A DNA stretch of 64,000 nt from a virus. The stretch lies in UHGV virus genome UHGV-0203537; one strand, written 5' to 3'. Positions 1 through 7,791 of the stretch are shown piece by piece. Position 1 is the first letter of the stretch; each line of letters opens with the position of its first letter. Position numbers and translations under genes: made by a program. The notes beneath the pieces were generated by a model that worked only from the letters and a program-made list of their open reading frames with translations, had not been told where the DNA came from and did no database searches.

Positions 1-53
1 ATTTGGGGATGTGCCCGTCTTTCCGGGCTGTCCGCAGCCACCTACTCTGAGAT

Positions 54-637
54 TATTATAGAGAGATCAATGGTACTTGGCTCTCTCGGTATTTCACCAA
101 TTAGAACATATCCTACCATCTGCGCATTATTCAGATTATGCTCTGCCCAAGCGGCTTGGGCTGCCACGATGTCCAGCTTCGACATCTGCCGATTCGGGTC
201 TTACGGCGTGACAACATTTCTTATGTTGCGCAACGAGCTGGATCCTTGCTCATCACACCCTCTATACAGCGGTATTAAGGAACCCCTGCAAAACCTGCTT
301 TTCACATTTCTGTTTTAACGTTATCTTGTGAGTTCTGGCTTCTGCACCCGTAGGCGTCTCCAATAAGCCGAGGCTGTATTTAAACTTGCCCGATCTACCC
401 CTCGTCAGGGTCTTGATACAATCAGGAGACTTTACGTCCGCATTATAATTGTAACGGGCAGCGGATCTCCCGTGCGGTCTTATTAACAACACCTATTCGC
501 ACAACCAAAAGGATAGGATTTGAACCTATGACACCACCGGTTAACAGCCGGGTGCTCTACCAACTGAGCTACCTCTGCACGAATACCACAGTCAGACCTA
601 TGCGTACACTCAATACGCTTATCTCCCAACCGTATAA
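54..637 (-). ncRNA. ROOL-like large structured RNA (GOLLD not excluded)
   Basis: No credible ORF. Terminal pairing GGGAGAT/ATCTCTC plus TTATA/TATAA. Segments GGTGCAGAAGCC, GTGATGAGCAAG, GCAGATGTCGAAG and CTGAATAA..GATGGTAG resemble ROOL as recalled. Size ~580 nt, among phage tRNAs. Confidence 0.6.
505..578 (-). tRNA. tRNA-Asn(GTT)-like domain, degenerate acceptor, no CCA, embedded in the large RNA
   Basis: D arm GCTC-AGTTGGTA-GAGC, anticodon loop CT-GTT-AA, T arm ATAGG-TTCAAAT-CCTAT. Confidence 0.75.
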
Positions 638-689
638 CGCTGAGTACGTTTACTGTACCGTCCATACATTGTTTTGTTTGGTTGTGCTA

Positions 690-901
690 CGGTCTTATTG
701 TTGATACAAGTTAATGTGTATCTCAACCACTCAGACAGCTATATCGCCATACCGCAAGCTGATGTGGATTTTACAATTACAAGGGTGACACTAAGATAGT
801 CTCCGCCACGTTTTATCCCTTGTTATCATCTGTTATGCAGCACAGATGACCTTGGCCACTGAGTTTTCACCTATAAGCTTTGTCTGCATCTGATTATAGG
901 T
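690..901 (-). ncRNA. unnamed multi-helix structured RNA
   Basis: Hairpin ACCTATAA/TTATAGGT; ACTCAG/CTGAGT enclosing CATCTGT/ACAGATG, ACAAGGG/CCCTTGT and CAGCT/AGCTG; then GATACA/TGTATC. Confidence 0.5.
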
Positions 902-906
902 ATCAT

Positions 907-944
907 TGGTGAGCCGCTCGGGTACTTACCCCAAGCAACGGCTC
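907..944 (-). ncRNA. tRNA minihelix-like RNA ending ACCA
   Basis: GAGCCGT-TGC-TTGGG-GTAAGTA-CCCGA-GCGGCTC-A-CCA. Confidence 0.55.
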
Positions 945-1067
945 ATATATGCACCCTGACTGACCTTCGATTATGCGTACTGCTCCGAGATTATGTTAAG
1001 GTGTAGGGTGCTTATACTTGGTTTCAGGAATTAGCCATTAGCCATCTCTCTTTAACGACGCTCACCC

Positions 1068-1276
1068 GCATGATTATTGTGCAGTTACTTCACCAAAAAG
1101 CAAATCCGCACTCAACGTTTTGATGATTTCTTCAAGCCCCATCCTCCCAAGGCATCAGAATTAAGTCTGCAAACGTTCTTCTGGCTTAATTCCTATCACA
1201 CTTATCTTAGACGCAGAGTTGATGTCTCCTATTGTCTGTTCTCCCATTTAGAAAGGTTGGTAGTGTTCACCATGCA
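1068..1276 (-). ncRNA. unnamed structured RNA with possible pseudoknot
   Basis: Closing GCATGGT/ATCATGC; GAATTAAG/CTTAATTC whose loop AACGTTT complements downstream AAACGTT; TGATG/CATCA. Confidence 0.45.
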
Positions 1277-1293
1277 ATTTGTAAATAATTTTA

Positions 1294-1368
1294 TGGTTTC
1301 AGGTAACGGGATCGAACCGTTATTCTTAGAGCCAAAATCTAATGTTCTACCACTTAAACTAACCTGAA
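1294..1368 (-). tRNA. tRNA-Gln(TTG)
   Basis: Full cloverleaf, acceptor TTCAGGT/ACCTGAA, loop TT-TTG-GC, T loop TTCGATC, encoded CCA. Confidence 0.93.
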
Positions 1369-1448
1369 ATATTTGTGCGGCTTAACGTACCGCACTTGAG
1401 ATCTTCATCGCTAAGAGGAGCTTGCCATAGTAGGGGGTATATAAATGT

Positions 1449-1842
1449 TTATCCACCATCAACCAGCCCCGAGGATCACACACAGCCGATGTGCTCGCCG
1501 CTTTAACCTATATCGGGGATTTCTGTGAATTTTATGATTTACAATTTACAATTTGAACTTTGAAGTGTAGCTAGTCTGCCATCAAGTACGCATGTCTGCT
1601 ACCATAAATTCTGAACTTTGATGTTTAAAACAACTAAGCTTTGAACTTTAAACTTTCAGCTATTATTCGGGCTAAAAACTCCGTTTTCTGTCCGAAAACT
1701 TTTACATTATAAATATTTGATATTCTTATCAAAAATCTTAGCATTTGAAAGCTTTTACAATTTCAAATTGTTTTTCATCACTTTTAAAATCTGTTGATGC
1801 TCAGATGATCACAGTTAAGTGTTTTCAGTTGATGATGAATAA
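1449..1842 (-). ncRNA. ~390-nt closed RNA with 7-nt periodic repeats, directly 3' of the coiled-coil gene
   Basis: 16-bp terminal helix (1827-1842 with 1449-1464) that is complete only on the minus strand via G-U pairs; internal hairpins; AAAGTTC-type heptamers. Confidence 0.7.
1527..1657 (-). repeat. degenerate heptamer repeat tract
   Basis: AAAGTTT AAAGTTC AAAGCTT ... AAAGTTC AGAATTT ... AAAGTTC AAATTGT AAATTGT AAATCAT AAAATTC. Confidence 0.8.
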
Positions 1843-1851
1843 TCAACTTAA

Positions 1852-2508
1852 TCAGTAGCTGATTTCGATTTCGGTGGTTGCATTTGCCACCGTAATGGCC
1901 GCATCCACCTCAGCTTCGAAAGCGTCGATCTTATTTTTCAGGTCTTCGATTGCCTTCTTTGTGTCAATGCCCTCGATAAGATCAAAAGTATTTTCATCGA
2001 TGTACTTTGCTCTCGCCGCATTTATGGTTTCCACCATTTCACTGGAAATGGTGTTATTACTGCTGTTTGTTCCATAAAGACCAATGATATATGTCTCGCA
2101 GGCTTTTGTCAGCTTCTCTCCGTTGTTATTCTGGAGCAGACTCTGCGTATTTGTATATTGAGTTGTCATGGAATTGAGCAGAGCCTTCATATAATCAATA
2201 CCCGTCTGCTTCATATAAATAGCTTCGGCGACAGTCATTTGCTCTCCACCGATAGACACGATTGTGGAAGCGTTTGCCTTATTCACTGCCTTCTTGATGG
2301 CATTATTCCTGTTGATGAGAGCGACTATTTTATCGTAGCTGCCCTGCATCTCTGCCTTTACGTCAGTGATATTTTTGCCGTTTAGCGTGCGCATAGTATG
2401 CTTACTTACGTTACAGAATGTCGCACTGCGAATCTCTGCTGTGATTCTGTTACCGAGCACCTTCAGCTCGGAAAGTGCCTTTGTGATGGTCATTTTTTCG
2501 TTAGTCAT
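1852..2508 (-). CDS. coiled-coil protein, DIP1984/DUF6847-like
   Basis: GGAGG RBS; MTITKALSELK, MTVAEAI and EVDAAITVANATTEIEI motifs; helical. Confidence 0.7.
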   Translation of the reverse strand: MTNEKMTITKALSELKVLGNRITAEIRSATFCNVSKHTMRTLNGKNITDVKAEMQGSYDKIVALINRNNAIKKAVNKANASTIVSIGGEQMTVAEAIYMKQTGIDYMKALLNSMTTQYTNTQSLLQNNNGEKLTKACETYIIGLYGTNSSNNTISSEMVETINAARAKYIDENTFDLIEGIDTKKAIEDLKNKIDAFEAEVDAAITVANATTEIEISY

Positions 2509-2586
2509 GATGACTCCTCCTTAATTTTTAAGTCTAAAATATCCAATATGTTTTCGCACCGATAAATAATAGCGAAAATATATATT

Positions 2587-2662
2587 TGGTGAGCCATTGG
2601 GGATTTGAACCCCAGACCAATGGTTTAAAAGACCACTGCTCTACCAACTGAGCTAATGACTC
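2587..2662 (-). tRNA. tRNA-Lys(TTT)
   Basis: GAGTCAT/ATGGCTC acceptor, GTGGT-CTTTTAA-ACCAT anticodon arm, encoded CCA. Confidence 0.96.
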
Positions 2663-2877
2663 ATATTTTTCAGATTTTGATTTTACAATTTATACCTGGC
2701 AGAAATATAATTATGAACATTTTTGTAACTTGCAATTACATATTAAAGAACGCCATCAATATTCCACCCAGCAGCCCCATCAAGAGTTGAGGAAAGATTG
2801 TTCATTATATCCAATATGTTTTGGACTTCTTGGAATAACGGCTCATTTCTGAACCGTTCTCCCTTGACTGTATTTAT

Positions 2878-2906
2878 ATTATATCAGATGAGTTTAAACT
2901 TGTCAA
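2878..2906 (-). promoter_or_regulatory. sigmaA-type promoter of the RNA island
   Basis: TTGACA-17bp-TATAAT with extended TG. Confidence 0.85.
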
Positions 2907-2962
2907 GCGATTGTGGATGTTGCTAAAAATTTTTTATGTACTGCCATATCACAGGCAGCGGA

Positions 2963-3901
2963 TCATTTATAGAAAACGTTTTTCCAATTCTGATAATCAC
3001 GATATGTGCTATAACCAATTTTTTTCTGATTTGAAATAGCAAACACTCTAAAATAATCCGATATATTGTTTGATGTGATCTCCTTTCCCTTCTGCTCGTC
3101 GAGATATGCACGATAAAAATTACCGGATCTCATTATCCAAGTGGGGACGAGGACTTTACCATAATACTTATTATCAATATCAACCTCCATTCTGTCCCAT
3201 GCTCTTCTGCGCTGAGCATGGAAATTATCGTTGATCTGACCGAGGGAATTCTTTTTATTCTTAGCTCTTATCAGATAAATAGACTGAGCAAATGGCATAA
3301 CACTATCGTTTATTACGACACTATCCATGTCCTTATACTCATTAATTATTTCAGCAAAATGATCTGATACTATAATAGTATCATCTCCAACTTTTATACG
3401 ATTGCCCTGCACATCTGATTTTTTCAGATTATAGATTTCAACATTGCATAATCCATTCCAATACAAACCATAAAAAGCCTGATACCAAATTATCATCGAG
3501 GAATCCTGTTCCATCATAACACTGCTGATACAATCCAACAAATCATTTTCGTCTGCAAACATTTCAGTCATGATTTTCCATCTTGGATTTATGTCTTCGT
3601 TTATAACTCTTTTAAGTTCATTTAAAGTATCGCTTGAACAGTATCCCATCTTGGTTGCCCATTCTATATACTTATTTATAATACTCTTACTGTTAAGCAT
3701 GGTGTTGGTGTTAATGATTTTATTTCTCTCAAACAAAAGCTTAAAATCGTTATAATTAAAATCATATAGGTCTTTTTTAAGAAGCTCTTCAGTGTCGGAA
3801 AATTTTTCAAACTTATACATATAGGTATTGCAAGACATGTCCGTATAGCTTCCTTCTTTCATGCTTGCTAAGAATTCGAGCTTTTTTTCCTCATTATACA
3901 T
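2963..3901 (-). CDS. MrpR/YopR-like integrase-fold lytic-cycle repressor
   Basis: MYNEEKKLEFL..EELLKKDLYDFN N-terminus, LYWNGL..EIYNLK, IMRSG, YQNWK end; recombinase catalytic residues absent; follows a DGQHR gene as in SPbeta. Confidence 0.7.
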   Translation of the reverse strand: MYNEEKKLEFLASMKEGSYTDMSCNTYMYKFEKFSDTEELLKKDLYDFNYNDFKLLFERNKIINTNTMLNSKSIINKYIEWATKMGYCSSDTLNELKRVINEDINPRWKIMTEMFADENDLLDCISSVMMEQDSSMIIWYQAFYGLYWNGLCNVEIYNLKKSDVQGNRIKVGDDTIIVSDHFAEIINEYKDMDSVVINDSVMPFAQSIYLIRAKNKKNSLGQINDNFHAQRRRAWDRMEVDIDNKYYGKVLVPTWIMRSGNFYRAYLDEQKGKEITSNNISDYFRVFAISNQKKIGYSTYRDYQNWKNVFYK

Positions 3902-5147
3902 TCTTCTCCCCCATTTCTTTATTGATTATTTCTATACTCTTTTTTGAATTTAAAAAATCCAATTTAGGAAAAACAGCAGCAAGTTCATCTTCCCAGCCTG
4001 AACGATTCTGAAGTTTACTACTTAAATAAACATAGATCGGAAATACAGAATTTTTGGCAGAGATACTCTTTTTATAACCTACAAACGCATCATAATTGAT
4101 ACTTGCAAGCTCATTAAAAAATTCAATAAGCCATTCTGCAACCTTAGTCTGTTCTTTAGCTGTTCTTGCAGAATAATACTTATCAATAGCAGCTGCAAAA
4201 TCCGATTTAAGAATAAAGCCCTGACCGACCTGAATTCCCTGTTGAGTATCACAGAATTTGTAAATACCATCAAGCTCACCGCTGCCAATAATCTTTTTCA
4301 TAACATTGTTTCCCATAGTATATTTGTATTGAGCCACTACACTCTTATTGATGGGGGCACGTTCTTCGTCTTGATTGATGATTCTCTGAGCAGTCGCACG
4401 AGAGCCTATTGTCAGAACAATGGGCATAGTCATTATGATATTTGGATTATTCATAAGAGCATATTCACTGCCTTTATCTCGATGTTGACCATCGATCTCG
4501 GCAATATACCCTGATTTCAATATAACTCTATCGTCTTTTACCTCATAGTCAGATTCGTCCGCCACGATATGCCAACGAAGAGAATTGGGAAAGAATGTTC
4601 CATCGCTCATAGACTTTCCGATTGCTCTGGCACGGTTGTCATCATATTTGATATGACTTATAAAGTCATTATCAGAAAGCTTGGTAATGACAGTTTCTCT
4701 TTGCATTCCTTCTTTCCATTGTATAAGGCCGGCAGATTTCAGATTCGCAATATCCTGTATAGATAACGCTGTCAGATAATTATCATTGTCTGTAAGTCTT
4801 GCCAGTATCGGAAATGCTATTGGCAATTTGGAATAGCCTCTTTTGATATAAGCAGAATTAGCCTCGGTGATTTCCGAGGCAGTAAAAAAATGTGAAACAT
4901 CAGGAATTTTCAATGCGGCGCTATGTTTCGACACAGCTTCATACAGCCAACACAGCACAATATCTGATACGTTTTCCAAGTCGGGATTAGACATAAGAGG
5001 ACCAAGTTCTCCCCATGTCATTTTGCCGGTATCCACAAGCTCAGCGGAATAAATGTCTTGGCATACGTTAAGCTTTGTCGAAAATAGTCTTTTTAATATC
5101 GCTATGGCTTCGTTTCTTTTTGACACATTCATGTTATCACACTCCAT
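3894..5147 (-). CDS. DGQHR/DndB-like (ParB/Srx fold) protein
   Basis: MQRE, FPNSL and EIDGQHR motifs. Confidence 0.75.
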   Translation of the reverse strand: MECDNMNVSKRNEAIAILKRLFSTKLNVCQDIYSAELVDTGKMTWGELGPLMSNPDLENVSDIVLCWLYEAVSKHSAALKIPDVSHFFTASEITEANSAYIKRGYSKLPIAFPILARLTDNDNYLTALSIQDIANLKSAGLIQWKEGMQRETVITKLSDNDFISHIKYDDNRARAIGKSMSDGTFFPNSLRWHIVADESDYEVKDDRVILKSGYIAEIDGQHRDKGSEYALMNNPNIIMTMPIVLTIGSRATAQRIINQDEERAPINKSVVAQYKYTMGNNVMKKIIGSGELDGIYKFCDTQQGIQVGQGFILKSDFAAAIDKYYSARTAKEQTKVAEWLIEFFNELASINYDAFVGYKKSISAKNSVFPIYVYLSSKLQNRSGWEDELAAVFPKLDFLNSKKSIEIINKEMGEKNV

Positions 5148-5184
5148 ATATTATGATAAAGTAGCATATGCTTGTATTTGCTTT

Positions 5185-5213
5185 ATTATAACACATGTTT
5201 TCAAATATGTCAA
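5185..5213 (-). promoter_or_regulatory. sigmaA-type promoter for the DGQHR and MrpR-like genes
   Basis: TTGACA-17bp-TATAAT. Confidence 0.85.
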
Positions 5214-5626
5214 GAGAAATTCAGGATTTTCTGAAAGCGCTGTGTCTTATGCACGTTGCTCTCAAAAGCTTTTAAGACAAGAGGAGTCGCCATTATCATA
5301 GCTGTCGCAATCTTTTCAAGCTGTTTATCGCTCAGATGTCCAACAACTTCAATTATCTGAAACTTGTTAATAACCCATTGACTTTCGGCTTCAAAAGTCG
5401 TATTTCTTGGTAGTCCTTGAATTTCTCCGGCTTTAAAATGGGCGTGGGTTGGGAGTGTGCTATCGTCTCTTTTTGTAGTTCCCGGAAGAACCTCTACTGT
5501 AGGAGAAACTTTATTTCCAATGTTGTTTGAGACAACGACGGCATATCTTTCTCCGCCCTGCTGATGCCCGATGGCATTTGGCAGTGTTATTCTGACTACA
5601 TCTCCTGTTTTAACGTTCATTGACAA
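5210..5626 (-). CDS. mazF: PemK/MazF family endoribonuclease, no evident antitoxin
   Basis: GDVV..GHQQGGERYAVVVSNNIGNKVSPTV..LPTH resembles Bacillus NdoA/MazF. Confidence 0.88.
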   Translation of the reverse strand: MSMNVKTGDVVRITLPNAIGHQQGGERYAVVVSNNIGNKVSPTVEVLPGTTKRDDSTLPTHAHFKAGEIQGLPRNTTFEAESQWVINKFQIIEVVGHLSDKQLEKIATAMIMATPLVLKAFESNVHKTQRFQKILNFS

Positions 5627-5643
5627 GTTCTCCTTTCATAGAA

Positions 5644-6039
5644 TCAAGCGGGCTTTTTCATATTTTTGCTTGGCAACAAAGCCGAAGCAAGATTAACAAC
5701 ATCTATTATTTCAACAGAAGCTTTAACGAAGCCCGGAAAATCAAAATTTGTTTTTACAAACTCCTCATACATTTGTTCATTGGGAGCGTATTCATCTATA
5801 TAATAGTATGTATCTTCAAAGTTTGGTATTCCATTAAGCAGCGGAACAAATATGCTAAAGTAATACCACTGGTCATCATAGTCGAGTTCCTTTTTTAAAG
5901 TATCAATTATCAATCTTTCCCGGACTGCAAGCGGAAGCTGGAACCAGTCCAGCTTTATTTCGGCAAATTCATCCCGCATATTGGTTGAAGTAATAACAGA
6001 TGCGTTAAATTCAAGATTATAATTATCGGTTAGCTTCAT
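5644..6039 (-). CDS. hypothetical protein
   Basis: Coupled ORF in operon. Confidence 0.6.
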   Translation of the reverse strand: MKLTDNYNLEFNASVITSTNMRDEFAEIKLDWFQLPLAVRERLIIDTLKKELDYDDQWYYFSIFVPLLNGIPNFEDTYYYIDEYAPNEQMYEEFVKTNFDFPGFVKASVEIIDVVNLASALLPSKNMKKPA

Positions 6040-6733
6040 AATTTTTCACTGCCTCTCTGATAAGCTCTATTCTCGTAGATTGAGAAAGATTTATATTATT
6101 TTTAATGTTATATTTATCAAATCCGGACATATACCATGGGAAACTATAATCTTTTTCCTTATCTCGCCAATAGTCATCGTTTCTTGAATTAGGCAAATCA
6201 TCACTTAAACCATAAGGCAATGTATCACGCATAGGAAAATACACGTTTCTGAGTATATAATAATTCAACTCATCGTCATCATAACAATAGCCCAGAATAT
6301 TAAGAACACAGCAAATTAAGCTCCTAATATAACTGGAATCGTAATGATAAAATGCAGCTAACAACATATAGTTAAAATCCCTGGTGTCAATATAATTTGC
6401 AATGATACTTTCATATTCTGTTCCTCTGAAGATAGATTTATCAGGGAAACATTTGGCATCGAGCTCGGATTCAGACGTTAACATTATATGGGTTATCTTA
6501 TACTGAAAATTCATATCATAAATAAGTCCAAGTGACGTTGCGTTATCGACTGTTTGAATAGCTCTCTTGAGTTCTTCAAGCTCTCTGCGCTTTGCGTTCT
6601 CCTTTTTTCTTTCTTCATCCCACTTCTTCGCTTCCTTGATTTTGGTTTCGACAATAGCCTCTTGAGTTTTTTCGTGTACAAGAGCGCCGCCAATTCCGAT
6701 CCACGCAAATATGGTAGCTACAAGTCCTAACAT
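6023..6733 (-). CDS. membrane-anchored hypothetical protein
   Basis: N-terminal hydrophobic helix, RBS AAAGGAG. Confidence 0.7.
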   Translation of the reverse strand: MLGLVATIFAWIGIGGALVHEKTQEAIVETKIKEAKKWDEERKKENAKRRELEELKRAIQTVDNATSLGLIYDMNFQYKITHIMLTSESELDAKCFPDKSIFRGTEYESIIANYIDTRDFNYMLLAAFYHYDSSYIRSLICCVLNILGYCYDDDELNYYILRNVYFPMRDTLPYGLSDDLPNSRNDDYWRDKEKDYSFPWYMSGFDKYNIKNNINLSQSTRIELIREAVKNYEANR

Positions 6734-6945
6734 TACTGTTCTCCTTTCTTGTTTCGCAGTTCTGCGTTACGTTTTTTGGCTTCTTCAAGCTTTTCAAGAA
6801 GGATCTCCTTCTCAGTCTTTTCTTCTTCTGCTTGTTTTTGTTCTTTCATTTTTCTTTTTGAATTTTGTTTGCCTATAATAAATATAGTTATTGCTGTACT
6901 TACAAGCGCAAGAACGATAACAAATATAAGACCTCCGATACTCAT
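6733..6945 (-). CDS. small membrane protein
   Basis: TM helix plus charged coil; coupled. Confidence 0.65.
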   Translation of the reverse strand: MSIGGLIFVIVLALVSTAITIFIIGKQNSKRKMKEQKQAEEEKTEKEILLEKLEEAKKRNAELRNKKGEQ

Positions 6946-6948
6946 ACA

Positions 6949-7203
6949 TCACACGTCCATTTCTAAAGCTTCATTAAGCTCGGAAAATGCTTCATCAAAA
7001 GCATCGGCGGCAGAATTAAGGTGATCGATATATTCCTGCATCGTTTCACCCTTCTCGCTTTCTTGAGTTCTTTCAGACCAATTATCAAATTTTTCCTGGG
7101 CTTCATCGGCAGCGATCCTTACCACACTTGAAAAATCGATTGTGTCGTCCATTTGAGAAAGTGCTATAAGTCTTTCTATATTTTTCATTTTAATATCCTC
7201 CAA
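6949..7203 (-). CDS. hypothetical acidic helical protein
   Basis: ORF with GGAGG RBS. Confidence 0.6.
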   Translation of the reverse strand: MEDIKMKNIERLIALSQMDDTIDFSSVVRIAADEAQEKFDNWSERTQESEKGETMQEYIDHLNSAADAFDEAFSELNEALEMDV

Positions 7204-7210
7204 TTACATA

Positions 7211-7417
7211 TTATTTTGAGCATTTTATAAAAATAAGCCAGAGTAACCCCATGATTACATCTCCGAGAACTGCGCCTCCAATGCCTGATAAAAGATATCC
7301 TATAAATGCGCCGCCCAGATATGTAAAAAAAATCATAAAAAGTGGATGGTCAACTATAATTCTCAGGGCTATCAACGTAAAAACAATGATAGCCAAACCG
7401 CCAAAAAAAGTTATCAT
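7211..7417 (-). CDS. small hydrophobic membrane protein
   Basis: GAGGAG RBS; almost entirely hydrophobic. Confidence 0.6.
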   Translation of the reverse strand: MITFFGGLAIIVFTLIALRIIVDHPLFMIFFTYLGGAFIGYLLSGIGGAVLGDVIMGLLWLIFIKCSK

Positions 7418-7430
7418 ATTTCTCCTCTTT

Positions 7431-7628
7431 TTAATTTATGATGATATTGTTTTCCTTGACAATTCTCAGAAACAGCATTTTGTTAACTGTCTTTTTCTGA
7501 GACGGAATTGAAACGCTGCAATTGCCGTTTGAATAAATACGATGACTGCCGTGAGTTCTAAGATATGTAAACCCATTCCGTGATAATATATCCTGCACTT
7601 CTCGCACAGAATATTCTTTTATAAGCAT
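7431..7628 (-). CDS. hicA: HicA family toxin, no evident HicB
   Basis: REVQDILSRNGF..RTHGSHRIY..SVSIP. Confidence 0.82.
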   Translation of the reverse strand: MLIKEYSVREVQDILSRNGFTYLRTHGSHRIYSNGNCSVSIPSQKKTVNKMLFLRIVKENNIIIN

Positions 7629-7727
7629 CTTTAGACCTCCTTATATATTTTGCCATACTAATTATAGCACACGATCTGGTCGGAAAATCGGACAGCAAAT
7701 GTGTATGACAAGAAATAATTAGTTTAC

Positions 7728-7756
7728 TTGACTTTTATCACGAAATGTGGTATAAT
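7728..7756 (+). promoter_or_regulatory. promoter toward the CI-like repressor
   Basis: TTGACT-17bp-TATAAT with TG. Confidence 0.75.
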
Positions 7757-7763
7757 AATACTA

Positions 7764-7783
7764 AAGTTGAGAATATTCAACTT
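7764..7783. promoter_or_regulatory. palindromic candidate operator
   Basis: AAGTTGA-N6-TCAACTT between face-to-face promoters. Confidence 0.6.
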
Positions 7784-7791
7784 ATAATATG

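Noticed and set aside
70..1367. Short ORFs 70..318, 262..492, 483..665 and 1077..1367
   Set aside because: They overlap tRNA or structured RNA, lack RBSs and do not look protein-like.
1375..1440. Possible hammerhead or HDV/theta ribozyme next to tRNA-Gln (GCTCCTCTTAGCGATGAAG)
   Set aside because: CUGAUGA/GAAA cores are absent and I could not build the P1/P1.1 pairing; only a GTGCGG/CCGCAC hairpin is supported.
1527..1657. Heptamer tract as a CRISPR array
   Set aside because: Units are 7 nt and degenerate with no spacers; no cas genes in the window.
3894..5147. DGQHR gene as part of a dnd phosphorothioation system
   Set aside because: No dndA/C/D/E nearby; the context matches a phage repression module.
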